Notes: generated from the sequence alone by a model not told the origin. Numbered from the stretch's first letter, positions 23,877 through 33,290 are shown. The stretch: 40,000 nucleotides of DNA from an uncultured Chloroflexia bacterium (GCA_963783295.1 CAWAMX010000018.1:95675-135674), one strand, 5' to 3'. Numbers and translations are program-made.

Positions 23877-24839
23877 TTACACGCTCAGGCGAAGACTCAA
23901 TCCCATGCGTTGATGAACGGCATCCATATGCAGAATACGGACCTGCACGGGTTGACCAACATGCAAAACATCCTTTGCAGTTTGCCCTTCTTCAAGCAAC
24001 ATTTCCGAAGCGTGGATCAATCCTTCCACACCAAGATCAAGCTTCGCAAATGCGCCATAGGAAAGAATACTTGTGATCGTCGCCGGCAAAACTTGTCCCA
24101 CCGAAAAATCGGTCGCGACCTTTTCCCACGGGTTGGGCTGCAAACGCTTCAGGCTAAGCGCCACACGGCAGCGTTCTGAAGAAAGGTCCAGTACTTGCAC
24201 TTCGAGTAACTGCCCCATTTGCACAATTTGGTTTGGATGCACGACGCGTCCCCATGAAAGTTCGGAAATATGAATCAACCCTTCGACGCCACCAAGGTCA
24301 ATGAACACACCAAAATCCGTAATGTTGGTGACCGTTCCTTGGACACACTCTCCCGAATGCAGCGAGTGAAACAATTCAGAACGCTTGCCAGGTTCCGCCA
24401 ACGCGGCACGCTCAGAAAGAACGATGCGTCCATCCTCGGGAACACATTCAATGACCTTAAGCCTGAGCGATTGACCCACATATGCACCAAGGATTTTTTC
24501 TCGATCGGGCATATCATTGCGCCCCGCCATTTCAACCAAATGCGAGAATGGTACAAAACCATACAAGTCTTCGCCTTCGACCAGCAAACCACCGCGATTA
24601 CTTCCGGTCACTTTCAGTGTCACAATTTGATCGTGATGATAAAGCTCCTGAACTTGCGCCCAGTCGGGTTGAATCCTATTCGACTCCTCCATTTTCGGCT
24701 CCGTGCGGACCGGAGGATGGGTCGGCGCTCGAGAAGGCGAAGATGGCGCGTGGCGCTCATCTTCTGCCAACACTGATTCCCACCAGCCATCGTCTGTCAC
24801 CGGCATCGGACTTTCATATACATTTTTGTGATTCGTCAT
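23877..24839 (-). CDS. S1 RNA-binding domain protein (ribosomal protein S1-like, multiple S1 repeats)
   Basis: Start set at ATG 24839 (MTNHKNVY...), just after the upstream stop at 24856. Repeated S1 motifs include GTVTNITDFGVFIDLGGVEGLIHISEL and ATITSILSYGAFAKLDLGVEGLIHASEM. Confidence 0.85.
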   Translation of the reverse strand: MTNHKNVYESPMPVTDDGWWESVLAEDERHAPSSPSRAPTHPPVRTEPKMEESNRIQPDWAQVQELYHHDQIVTLKVTGSNRGGLLVEGEDLYGFVPFSHLVEMAGRNDMPDREKILGAYVGQSLRLKVIECVPEDGRIVLSERAALAEPGKRSELFHSLHSGECVQGTVTNITDFGVFIDLGGVEGLIHISELSWGRVVHPNQIVQMGQLLEVQVLDLSSERCRVALSLKRLQPNPWEKVATDFSVGQVLPATITSILSYGAFAKLDLGVEGLIHASEMLLEEGQTAKDVLHVGQPVQVRILHMDAVHQRMGLSLRLSV

Positions 24840-24855
24840 ACCTACCTGTCCTTCC

Positions 24856-26773
24856 TTATTTGATTTGAGATTCCATGAACAATATGGCTTTGGCAACTGC
24901 CTCCACGGCAATACGCTGCTTGCGATACAAATCCGCCTCCGACATAGCCAAGCGCTCTGCCACCTCACGAACTTTTCGTCCCTCAATGAACTTCATTTCA
25001 AGGATATTATATAAAATCCATTCCGTGGTAAATCGCCGCTCTCCTTCCGGGCGGACTTGATCCACTGCCTTACGAAGCAGGGCGCGTAAAGCATTAGCTG
25101 GATTATCGTCATGTTCACGCGCCAATTCCTGAACAACCTGCAATCGCATCAATGGGCTGTTCGTCAACTTTGGCCCACCCCAATAATGGGTTAACGCGTC
25201 CTTGACCCAATTTGCCAAGTCCGCTTCAGGAGGCAAGGATTGGTCAAGCATATTCAGCGCGACTATCATATCGACCAAACGCGCGCAAGCGTTGGAGCAT
25301 GTCCACCCGCGGTTGTAAATCCTGAAGAGAACGAAAGACTCGCTGTTGCAACAAACGATCTTCCAATGCCATCGCCGCACGATCCGCCAAAAGCCAGAGT
25401 GCATCGCGCTGATCTTGTTCCATGGAAGAATGACCGTCGCGCCGCGCCACTCCCATTAATCCAAGCAGAGGCGGAATTTCATCCAAGTCCATATCATCTC
25501 GTTTGCGCTGATGCAAAGGCAACATCCAAAACTTTCCCGATTCAAATTCCTCCCGTTCGTTTCCATTTCCATTGCTTATTCTTTCCAGTGCGTCAGAAAG
25601 ACCTTCATGCTCGATAAGATTACGATTACCTGCCATAACAATCAGCGAGAGCTCGCTCTCGTCCAACGCGGCAACGAAGGCCGCGGGAGCTTGCATATGA
25701 TCTCGCACAGCAGCAAGAACGGCTTCAAGGAATTGCTGCAAGTCGCTCTGTGTGAGCAAGCGCTCTTCCATGTTTTGCAATATCTGCAATTCGGACCGAT
25801 CATGCCCAAAGAAGAGATAACGTTCCCATAAGGGATAAAACAATGTAATGGCATGTTCAAAAAGCAAAACCGTGGCGACCATGGTCAGAGGAACAAAAAC
25901 AGAATAATCCGACCCCATCAAAACGCCGGCGCGACGAACGATGGTCATCAGGCCCAAGGCCAAGGAAGCGGTTATCGGCCCGCGAATGATCCATTTGAAC
26001 AAGCGGCTCTTGATCACACGATCCGGCCAGGACACGCCGAAGAAAGCCACAGCATAGGCCATGACAACAACCAACCCACCGACCAAAATATTGATGAATG
26101 CAGATCCAAGCCAAAACAATAGCGGGAATCGCGCCGCGAACAAAGAACCATACAATAAATAAGGATATGAACCCAGCGCAGGTGCAGTGGCCCCAGCCAT
26201 GAGGTACAGCATGCGGCGGCGACCAGAACGCGTCAGCATACGGCGATAGGCACGGACAAAGTTCCAGCCAGCCCAAAGCATCGCGGCGATATAGTAAAGA
26301 GTAAAAACCTCGGACCAAAAAGTTGGTTGAAGATGTGGAGCCGGTTGACCCTCCGGTACGAGCGGACCAAGTAAATATCCTGCCGCGAGTGAGAGAACAA
26401 AAATTGTTGAGATTGCGTATGTCAATCGAATCGCAAATCTCCGGCGCCCGCGCGAAGGACGACCCGCGGTCACCAACACTGCATCCGAAAGATGCAGATA
26501 TGCGGCAGGCAAATAAATGATCCCAAACCAGTGAAGACGAAGGAGTAAATCGATCCCCCAAAGAGGCACATCCTTGCTTTGCAATGCATTGGTGGTAAAG
26601 ATCACTACCACGCACAAAAGAATGATTGCAAAAGAACGGGCAACGCGGTCTCGTAAATTGAAGGATAGTGAATAAAGAAACAACGAAAAGGCCGTGATGG
26701 CAATTCCGGCCGTTAGAATTTGATTGATTACCTGGGTACCCGCCAGTAAATTTTCCGTCCAACCGTTAAACAT
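24856..26773 (-). pseudogene. membrane-bound regulator: N-terminal multi-TM (HisKA_7TM-like) domain, GAF-like middle, C-terminal sigma70-region-4-like HTH; split by a 1-nt frameshift near 25277-25279
   Basis: The 509-aa ORF (25244..26773) and the 182-aa ORF (24856..25404) overlap by 160 nt in adjacent frames. Deleting one T of TTT (minus strand) joins ...PRVDMLQRLRA to LVDMIVALNMLDQSLPPEADL... The C-terminus EWILYNILEMKFIEGRKVREVAERLAMSEADLYRKQRIAVEAVAKAIL is HTH-like. Confidence 0.7.
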
Positions 26774-26792
26774 AATACCTTCCCAAATCGCC

Positions 26793-27329
26793 CTATTTCA
26801 ATGCCCTCGCAAAGAAAAGAGCTACATCCTGCGTCAAATAATAATGGTCATTATACCCGCAGAATTCATATCCATGTTTTTGCGCTAAACGAATTGCCGG
26901 TTGATTCTTGGACTGCATTTCGAGGAACAATTTGCGGTGACCTCGCGCCAGACCCCATTCGTGAGCGGTGCCTAACAAAGCACTGGCTACCCCTCGGCGT
27001 CTCCAATCGGGCGAGACCACAAGGTCAGTTATCGATGCCACAGAGCTTAGGCGATCCATCAACGAAAGATAACCTATCGGATTGTTATCAACTAGGGCAG
27101 TTAATATCGCTGATTTACGTGTCCAGTCATCCGCAAGAACGAAAGGATTGTTTGGGTAGGTCAGTGGAATGGGTCGCGGCAATCGAACCTCTCGAAAGGT
27201 CGCAGCAATTTGGCCGCTATCCCGGCGCAATTCCAACTGCCAGACGTACTCAGATGTGACAGAATGGTCCATCCCCATCATACGAAGAAGGTCACCAGCT
27301 ACAGTCGGTCGGATTTGAATTTCAGACAT
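26793..27329 (-). CDS. GNAT family N-acetyltransferase
   Basis: 178-aa ORF with AGGAG SD. Acetyl-CoA motif A is VVSPDWRRRGVASALL. Confidence 0.85.
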   Translation of the reverse strand: MSEIQIRPTVAGDLLRMMGMDHSVTSEYVWQLELRRDSGQIAATFREVRLPRPIPLTYPNNPFVLADDWTRKSAILTALVDNNPIGYLSLMDRLSSVASITDLVVSPDWRRRGVASALLGTAHEWGLARGHRKLFLEMQSKNQPAIRLAQKHGYEFCGYNDHYYLTQDVALFFARALK

Positions 27330-27374
27330 AGTCTCCTAAATTCCAGAATCAATCTAATAAACTCGAAAAACTAC

Positions 27375-28055
27375 TCATGGAGCAGTTATCCGCAGAGGAA
27401 TGACACAAGGCGGTAGAGATTGTCCCTGTGTATTCGTAACCACGAGACGCAATTGATAGTCGCCGGGTGTCAGAATAGAAGTATCCCATTGTCCAAGCGA
27501 ATTATTGGGAACGGGAGTAGTACTCGCGGCAATGGTAGCCCAGTTATTGGTATTAAGCGGCGCAACTTCATATTTATAAAATCCAAAATCAGGAATGTTC
27601 ACTGTTCCGATCAAGTCCACTACACCGCTGACCTCGCTTCCGGGTTTGGGAGATGTAATCATTAATTGATCAGCGACACAACCGCTGGTATTCCCAAGGG
27701 TCGGAACAGGGAGAGGCGTCAACGCAATTTGAGTCGCAAGGTCAGCGGAGATCGTTCCTGTCGGTGTGGCAAGTACGTCGATGGTCGGTGTAGAAATAAA
27801 AAAGGAGGCAGGAAGCTCGGGTATCACAAAAGAGACCGTGGTCAATTCTCCAAAGAACAAAATCAGAATAAGGATTACAAAAGCTACCGCTTGACCCATT
27901 CGATGCAAGGCAAACTCACGTTCTAGGGTGTAAACCGACTCTCGCCACTCATTCCAAGTTTTAAACAGCTGCCGAAAAGCAAATAATCCTCCGATAGCCA
28001 GTACAACATAAATCAGCACTTCGTATTTGCTGAGGAATTGATAAATTCCAGACAT
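27375..28055 (-). CDS. membrane-anchored hypothetical protein with C-terminal beta-sandwich-like domain
   Basis: 226-aa ORF with two predicted TM helices (VLIYVVLAIGGLFAF; AVAFVILILILFFGELTTVSFVI). The C-terminal ...GDYQLRLVVTNTQGQS pattern resembles Ig-like/pre-peptidase domains. No functional motif. Confidence 0.6.
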   Translation of the reverse strand: MSGIYQFLSKYEVLIYVVLAIGGLFAFRQLFKTWNEWRESVYTLEREFALHRMGQAVAFVILILILFFGELTTVSFVIPELPASFFISTPTIDVLATPTGTISADLATQIALTPLPVPTLGNTSGCVADQLMITSPKPGSEVSGVVDLIGTVNIPDFGFYKYEVAPLNTNNWATIAASTTPVPNNSLGQWDTSILTPGDYQLRLVVTNTQGQSLPPCVIPLRITAP

Positions 28056-28066
28056 ATCAAAGTTTT

Positions 28067-28903
28067 TTACAGCTGACGCAGAACTCCGCGAATCAACTTC
28101 TCCATCTTAGGTGTGATGAGTTTTCCGGCGTCCATCACCTCTTGATGTGTAGTGATTGTCGAGCCATCCAGATTCGCTTTATTGCTGATTCCAGAAAGCC
28201 CAAGAACGCGCATCCCACCGTGGCGCGCAATAATCACTTCAGGAACAGTGGACATACCCACTGAGTTTGCTCCAACAAGGCGCAGGAAGCGTAAATCGGC
28301 AGGTGACTCAAAAGATGGACCGCTCAATCCGGCGTAGACACCTTCACGCAAAACAATGGTTTCTTGTCTGGCTGTACTCCGTGTTAGATCGCAAAGCGCG
28401 CGATCATAGGCCTGGCTCATATCGGGAAATCGTGGTCCCAGTTCATCAAGGTTAGCACCGATCAACGGATTTTGTCCTGTCATGCCAATCAGGTTTAGGT
28501 TATCGGTGATCAACATAATATCGCCCGGCGCAAAGGCAGGATTTACGCCGCCTGCGGCGTTGGTCACAATAAGAATTTCAATTCCAAGGCGTTGCATCAC
28601 GCGCACCGGCAGGGTCACTTGCGCCATGCTATACCCTTCATAAAAATGAATCCGCCCCTGCATGACAAATACGGTTTGCCCTTCCAATGTGCCAATCACC
28701 AAACGGCCCGCGTGCCCCAAGACCGTCGAAACCGGAAAATGCGGCAGATCACCGAACGGAATCACGTCAGGCTTTTCAACCGAGTCTGCTAACCCGTTCA
28801 GGCCGGAACCGAGAATAATCGAAACCCGCGGCCGATATGAGGTTCGCGCCTGAATCGCTTTAACGACTTCGTCAATTTGATCAAGAGAAAAATGGGCAAT
28901 CAT
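28067..28903 (-). CDS. punA: purine nucleoside phosphorylase (PNP/MTAP family, PunA-type)
   Basis: 278-aa ORF with blocks ILGSGLNGLAD, STVLGHAGRLVIG, VMQGRIHFYEGY, IVTNAAGG, VGMSTVPE. Confidence 0.9.
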   Translation of the reverse strand: MIAHFSLDQIDEVVKAIQARTSYRPRVSIILGSGLNGLADSVEKPDVIPFGDLPHFPVSTVLGHAGRLVIGTLEGQTVFVMQGRIHFYEGYSMAQVTLPVRVMQRLGIEILIVTNAAGGVNPAFAPGDIMLITDNLNLIGMTGQNPLIGANLDELGPRFPDMSQAYDRALCDLTRSTARQETIVLREGVYAGLSGPSFESPADLRFLRLVGANSVGMSTVPEVIIARHGGMRVLGLSGISNKANLDGSTITTHQEVMDAGKLITPKMEKLIRGVLRQL

Positions 28904-29115
28904 TAAATTGAACCTATCCTAAAATTCATATCTCCGGAGCAGAACCAGCGTCCCCTTCAAAGTTCTGTTCGCTTTCTGATTATATCAGAAATCACAAAGC
29001 GTTTCTTTACGCGCATGCAAAAGCTTTATAAAAAAGCAATGGACAATAAGCCTTCACAACTGGGATTAATTCCTCAGGAGCAACGAATTTCAGCGCTGCC
29101 ATATTCAATTACTGG

Positions 29116-29477
29116 AATGTCGTCATCGATTTAATCGTGATCAACGGAATTGGAATGTGGCGCTAAGAAAAAAACAATCTCATCGTCCAGCACCGACGCG
29201 GTGGTCGCTGGAGCGGAGAGAATTTGTTATTTCGCTGCCAGCTGCAAATGGAAAGCAGGCTCAACAGGTTGCTGAACGCATTCACACATCTTTGCTGACA
29301 CTAGCTCTGCATAATCACAAGCAAACAAGCATGCCTTCGCCAACCGTCAGCCAGGGAATCGTCGTCTATCCGTTTGAGGGAAATGAGATGATGAAATTAA
29401 TTGATCATGCAGATAAACGTTTGTAGGTTGCCAAAGAACGCGGGCGAAATCAAGTTGTACCAGATGAAAGTCACTAG
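29116..29477 (+). pseudogene. decayed GGDEF (diguanylate cyclase) domain remnant
   Basis: Recognisable pieces: NVVIDLIVINGIG (DxD-FK-IND region, frame 1), then TRWSLERREFVISLP..AQQVAERIH..TVSQGIVVYP...LIDHADKRL-TAG-VAKERGRNQVV. The GGDEF motif is destroyed, an in-frame TAG sits where the family has Tyr (AD.ALY.AK), there is a frame change at the A7 run 29168-29174, and no N-terminal domain or start remains. Confidence 0.7.
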
Positions 29478-29541
29478 GAAAAACTTTACGCTGGTGATGA
29501 TTATCAAAGGTCCGATTCATGAAACGAATCAGATCTTCTTT

Positions 29542-30578
29542 TTATTGCAGAATCTGGCGAATGGCTTCGACGGTTTTGTTAACCCCAATATCATCAATCC
29601 AGTAATGCGTCACGAGACGGAAGCGTCTTGCGCCTGACGCGCTTACCAATATTCCACGATCTTTCAATTGATCGGTAATTTCATCCGTGGACATCTTAAC
29701 TTGCGGCGCGAGATCGAAGAAGACCATGTTCGTTTGCGGTATTCCATCGAGAACGATACCTTGGCTCTCGCTCAGACCTTCAGCAAGATTGCGCGCCCGC
29801 GCGTGATCCTCGCCTAATCGCTTGGTCATTTTTTCCAACGCCACGATTCCAGCCGCTGCCAAGATTTCCCACCTGACGCATCCCACCTCCAAGCATTTTG
29901 CGAAGACGGTGTGCGCGTTTGATAAACTTCTTATCGCCACACAACACGGAGCCAACCGGCGCACACAATCCCTTGCTCAAACAAAATGTAACCGAGTTCA
30001 ACTGGCGCAGTTAATTCTTTAACATTCACGTTCAGCGCCGCGGCGGCATTGAAGATGCGCGCCCCATCGAGATGGACTTTAAGCTCACGAGCATGAGCAA
30101 AGTCCGCGATGCGACGCGTGGTTTCTGGAGTCTGCACTGTTCCACCACAATGATTGTGGGTGTTCTCAAGACACACAAGCCGCGTGATCGGTTCGTGTTG
30201 ATCATCGGCACGAATCGCCGATTCAATGTCCGAAAGAAGAAGCGAGCCATCAGTTTGATTTATCAACTGACATGAATGAACTCCGCCCAATACTGAAATC
30301 CCGCCCGCTTCATGCAGATATGTATGATTCTCTTTACCAAGAATCACTTCATCGCCGCGTTGACAATGCGCAAGAATACCAGCCAGATTTCCCATCGTCC
30401 CCGAAGGAACAAACAAAGCCGCTTCTTTGCCCATCAAGTCTGCAGCCATCTCCTGCAACCGATTGACCGTCGGGTCATCGCCATAAACATCGTCGCCGAC
30501 TTCGGCCCTGGCCATCGCTTCGCGCATTTCTGAAGTTGGCTTGGTCACGGTATCAGAACGAAGGTCAACATATTCCAT
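29542..30578 (-). pseudogene. ltaE: low-specificity L-threonine aldolase, interrupted by two 1-nt frameshifts
   Basis: Three consecutive frames carry [15 protein letters not shown]...[21 protein letters not shown], then [44 protein letters not shown], then [31 protein letters not shown]...RLVTHYWID. Shifts lie at about 29995-30003 and at TTT 29865-29867 (plus strand). Confidence 0.85.
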
Positions 30579-30579
30579 T

Positions 30580-31507
30580 TTATTTTTCCTTTCGCAAAGA
30601 GGTTAGAACTTGGGTCAATTCTTCAGGTAATGGTGCCTCAAAAACGCTGGGTTGCTTTTCATTGGGCAAAATGATCTTGAGTTTTTGCGCGTGAAGAAAA
30701 TGCCGATTTAAATCGAAGACTTGATTTTTTTCTGCCGTAGATTTCATCGCCGACAATCGGACAACCAAGCAACGCACAGTGCAATCGAATCTGATGCGTG
30801 CGTCCGGTCAACGGATGAAATTCAAGCAAGGTGTATTGAGGAAACGATTCAAGAGTTTTATACTCACTAATTGCTGTGCGGCCTTTATTTTCCGAAACAA
30901 TCGCCATCTTCTTGCGATGACTTGCATCGCGTCCTATCGCGGCCTCGACCCTGCCTGATGGTGTGGGTGGCTTGCCATCCACCAAAGCGATATATGTCTT
31001 TTCCACCTTACGCAATCTGAATTGATCCTGCAACCAGCGATGCGCCTTATCATTCTTTGCCAACACAATCAACCCTGACGTTTCTTTATCCAACCGATGC
31101 ACAACACCGGGACGTTCTTCACCGCCGATGCCTTCGATGTCGGGATCATATCCCAGCACGGCATGAACCAATGTCCCTGATTCATGTCCTGCCGCGGGAT
31201 GAACCACCATGCCCGCTGGTTTATTGACAACAATCAGATCATCGTTTTCAAAAATAATATCGAGCGGAATATTCTCGCCAACCAAATCCGTCGGTACGGA
31301 GGGCGGAACATGAACTTCGATCACAGAATCATGTTCGAGCATCTGCCCGGACTTTTTGGCGGGCGCACCATTCACCAAGACGAATCTATCCTTGACCAAT
31401 GCCTGCAAACGGGCGCGCGAATACTCAGGCATGGACTCAACTAGAAAATGGTCGAGCCGCTCCTCGTCCGGCTTTTGGAAGTGAAAAGTAAAAATCGAAT
31501 CCGTCAC
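30580..31507 (-). pseudogene. rluD: RluA-family 23S rRNA pseudouridine synthase (RluD-like), frameshifted in an A7 run near the 3' end
   Basis: S4 domain (RLDHFLV), catalytic HRLDKETSGL, TGRTHQIRLH. After ...GDEIYGRK the +1 frame carries the family C-terminus DLNRHFLHAQKLKIILPNEKQPSVFEAPLPEELTQVL. The T7 run is at 30725-30731 (plus strand). Confidence 0.85.
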
Positions 31508-32019
31508 GAATTTGAGTCAGTCTTTTGGAGCGCGGCTTTTTTCTCAGCGCGTTCCTTCCACCAAACCCCAAGCAACAAAACAACCACGCCAACAGTAATG
31601 GATGAATCCGCAAGATTGAAAACAGGAAATGTGCCGATCGAAATAAAGTCTGTAACTTTAGCCTTCAGCAAACGATCCACTAAATTTCCAGACGCTCCCG
31701 CCAATTGCAAAACGAGCGCAACACGCAACGTCCAATCACTGGCATCGATGCGCGGAAAATAATAAAAGATCAACGCGATCACGATGATTGCCAGCACCGT
31801 GAAAACAGGATTGCCATTTTGAAACGAGCCAAATGCCGCACCGCTATTAGACCAATTGACAATCCGCGCATAAGGGCTAAGCCATAATAAGCTAGGAGGA
31901 AGCCACGCGCTATCGAATGGCAAGTTGGTTCGCACCAGCCATTTTGTCCATTGATCGAGCGCCACAATCACTGCGGCTGGCAAAACCAGAATCAAATAAT
32001 CACGCAAAAAACAATTCAA
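31504..32019 (-). CDS. lspA: lipoprotein signal peptidase II
   Basis: 171-aa ORF with TTG start and GAGGTGA SD. Motifs NSGAAFG, GNLVDR, FPVFNLADS. The 4-nt overlap with rluD matches the classic lspA-rluD arrangement. Confidence 0.92.
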   Translation of the reverse strand: MNCFLRDYLILVLPAAVIVALDQWTKWLVRTNLPFDSAWLPPSLLWLSPYARIVNWSNSGAAFGSFQNGNPVFTVLAIIVIALIFYYFPRIDASDWTLRVALVLQLAGASGNLVDRLLKAKVTDFISIGTFPVFNLADSSITVGVVVLLLGVWWKERAEKKAALQKTDSNS

Positions 32020-32073
32020 CTTTTCACCTCAAAAGAAATTACACGCCAAAGCGCGCGCCCTATTTTACCCCGT

Positions 32074-33168
32074 TTACTTGATAAACACCCTCGGCACACG
32101 CGCGCTGATATTCGTCATCACTTCATATTCATTCGTGCCGGCCCAATCCGCAAAATTTTCGGCAGTGATTCCGTTGCCGAGCAAGATCACTTCATCATCA
32201 ACTTTCACATCATCATCGCCGACATTGACCATTAATTGATCCATGCAGATACGCCCTACTTGCGGATATATTTTCCCGTTGATGATAACCTGCGAGCAAT
32301 TCGTCATGCGGCGAAAATATCCATCCGCGTAACCGCAAGGGATGGTTACGATTCTTGTCGGAACTTCAGACTGCCACAACGATCCATAGCTGACCGGCCT
32401 CCCCGGCTGTGTAATTTTGCTATAGACTACATGTGAATGCCATGTCAGCGCAGGATTGACTTCAACAGTTTTCCTAATATCTCGTTCCGGATAAACTCCA
32501 TAAAACATCACACCAGGACGAACCATATCGAAATAACTCTCCGGCAATTGCAAGATCGCTCCGGAGTTTGCCGCGTGTCTGATTCGCGGATGAGGCAAAC
32601 TTCGCTTTTCGTAAATATTTAAAACGTCTTGAAATCGTTCCAACTGTAATTTAGCATGAGTTAAATCATTGGATTCTGAGTTGGCAAAGTGGGTAAATAT
32701 GCCTTCTATATCTAAATGGCTACACGTTAAAGATTTTTCGATGAATGCTTTAGCTTCATACTCATGAACGCCAATGCGTTCCATGCCAGTATCAATCTTG
32801 AGATGAACTTTGAGTCTTGTTGTTGAGGCTTGTGCAGCCTGCTCTGCTGCATCCAGCAATTCAGTCGAAGAGGCCGCGAGAGTTAAATTATGTTTGATAA
32901 AAAACGGAACCTGTTCAGGCAGGGACCCACCCATCACTAGAATCGGTTTATCGATTCCAAGCTCACGAAGATTAATTCCTTCCTCTACAATCGCCACGCC
33001 TATGTAATCTGCATACGGCGCAATATATGGTGCAACACCATCCACACCGTGACCGTATGCATTCGCTTTCAATATTACCATCACCCTCGCCGGAGCAACA
33101 TGGGTACGAATGTTTTCCAAATTTTGTTTCAGGCGAGAAAGATTGACTTCAAGATAAGTTGGACGCAT
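32074..33168 (-). CDS. alr: alanine racemase
   Basis: 364-aa ORF with PLP-lysine motif VILKANAYGHG and C-terminal block ...GYADGY.R.... Confidence 0.93.
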   Translation of the reverse strand: MRPTYLEVNLSRLKQNLENIRTHVAPARVMVILKANAYGHGVDGVAPYIAPYADYIGVAIVEEGINLRELGIDKPILVMGGSLPEQVPFFIKHNLTLAASSTELLDAAEQAAQASTTRLKVHLKIDTGMERIGVHEYEAKAFIEKSLTCSHLDIEGIFTHFANSESNDLTHAKLQLERFQDVLNIYEKRSLPHPRIRHAANSGAILQLPESYFDMVRPGVMFYGVYPERDIRKTVEVNPALTWHSHVVYSKITQPGRPVSYGSLWQSEVPTRIVTIPCGYADGYFRRMTNCSQVIINGKIYPQVGRICMDQLMVNVGDDDVKVDDEVILLGNGITAENFADWAGTNEYEVMTNISARVPRVFIK

Positions 33169-33186
33169 AGAACCATTTAAACCTGA

Positions 33187-33221
33187 TGCGTAAAACGTAA
33201 ATTACAATTACGTTCTACGCA
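33187..33221. repeat. 35-nt palindrome (14-bp arms, 7-nt spacer) 19 nt upstream of the alr start
   Basis: Plus strand TGCGTAAAACGTAA-attacaa-TTACGTTCTACGCA. It has one mismatch, which becomes a G.U pair in the minus-strand (alr mRNA-sense) RNA. Confidence 0.7.
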
Positions 33222-33253
33222 CTATGAATTCCAGAAAAAGGCCTCATAGCTTC

Positions 33254-33282
33254 AATAAACCACCTGGCGAGGCTGGCGGTTT
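33254..33282 (-). terminator. weak candidate terminator after fabF
   Basis: Minus strand AAACCGCC-agccucgcca-GGUGGUUU (8 bp including one G.U) followed by AUUGAAG. The U-tract is poor. Confidence 0.3.
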
Positions 33283-33290
33283 GCATGAAG

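Noticed and set aside
24840-24986. Upstream extension of the S1-domain ORF
   Set aside because: It overlaps the HTH-encoding 3' end of the upstream gene in another frame. ATG 24839 follows that gene's stop.
25857-26762. 301-aa minus-strand ORF inside the 7TM regulator gene
   Set aside because: It is an alternative-frame shadow of the 509-aa ORF with Cys/Arg/Gly-rich nonsense composition. The other frame encodes coherent TM helices.
29401-29637. 78-aa plus-strand ORF spanning the GGDEF relic end and the ltaE 3' end
   Set aside because: It starts inside the pseudogene tail and runs antisense into ltaE, with no motif support.
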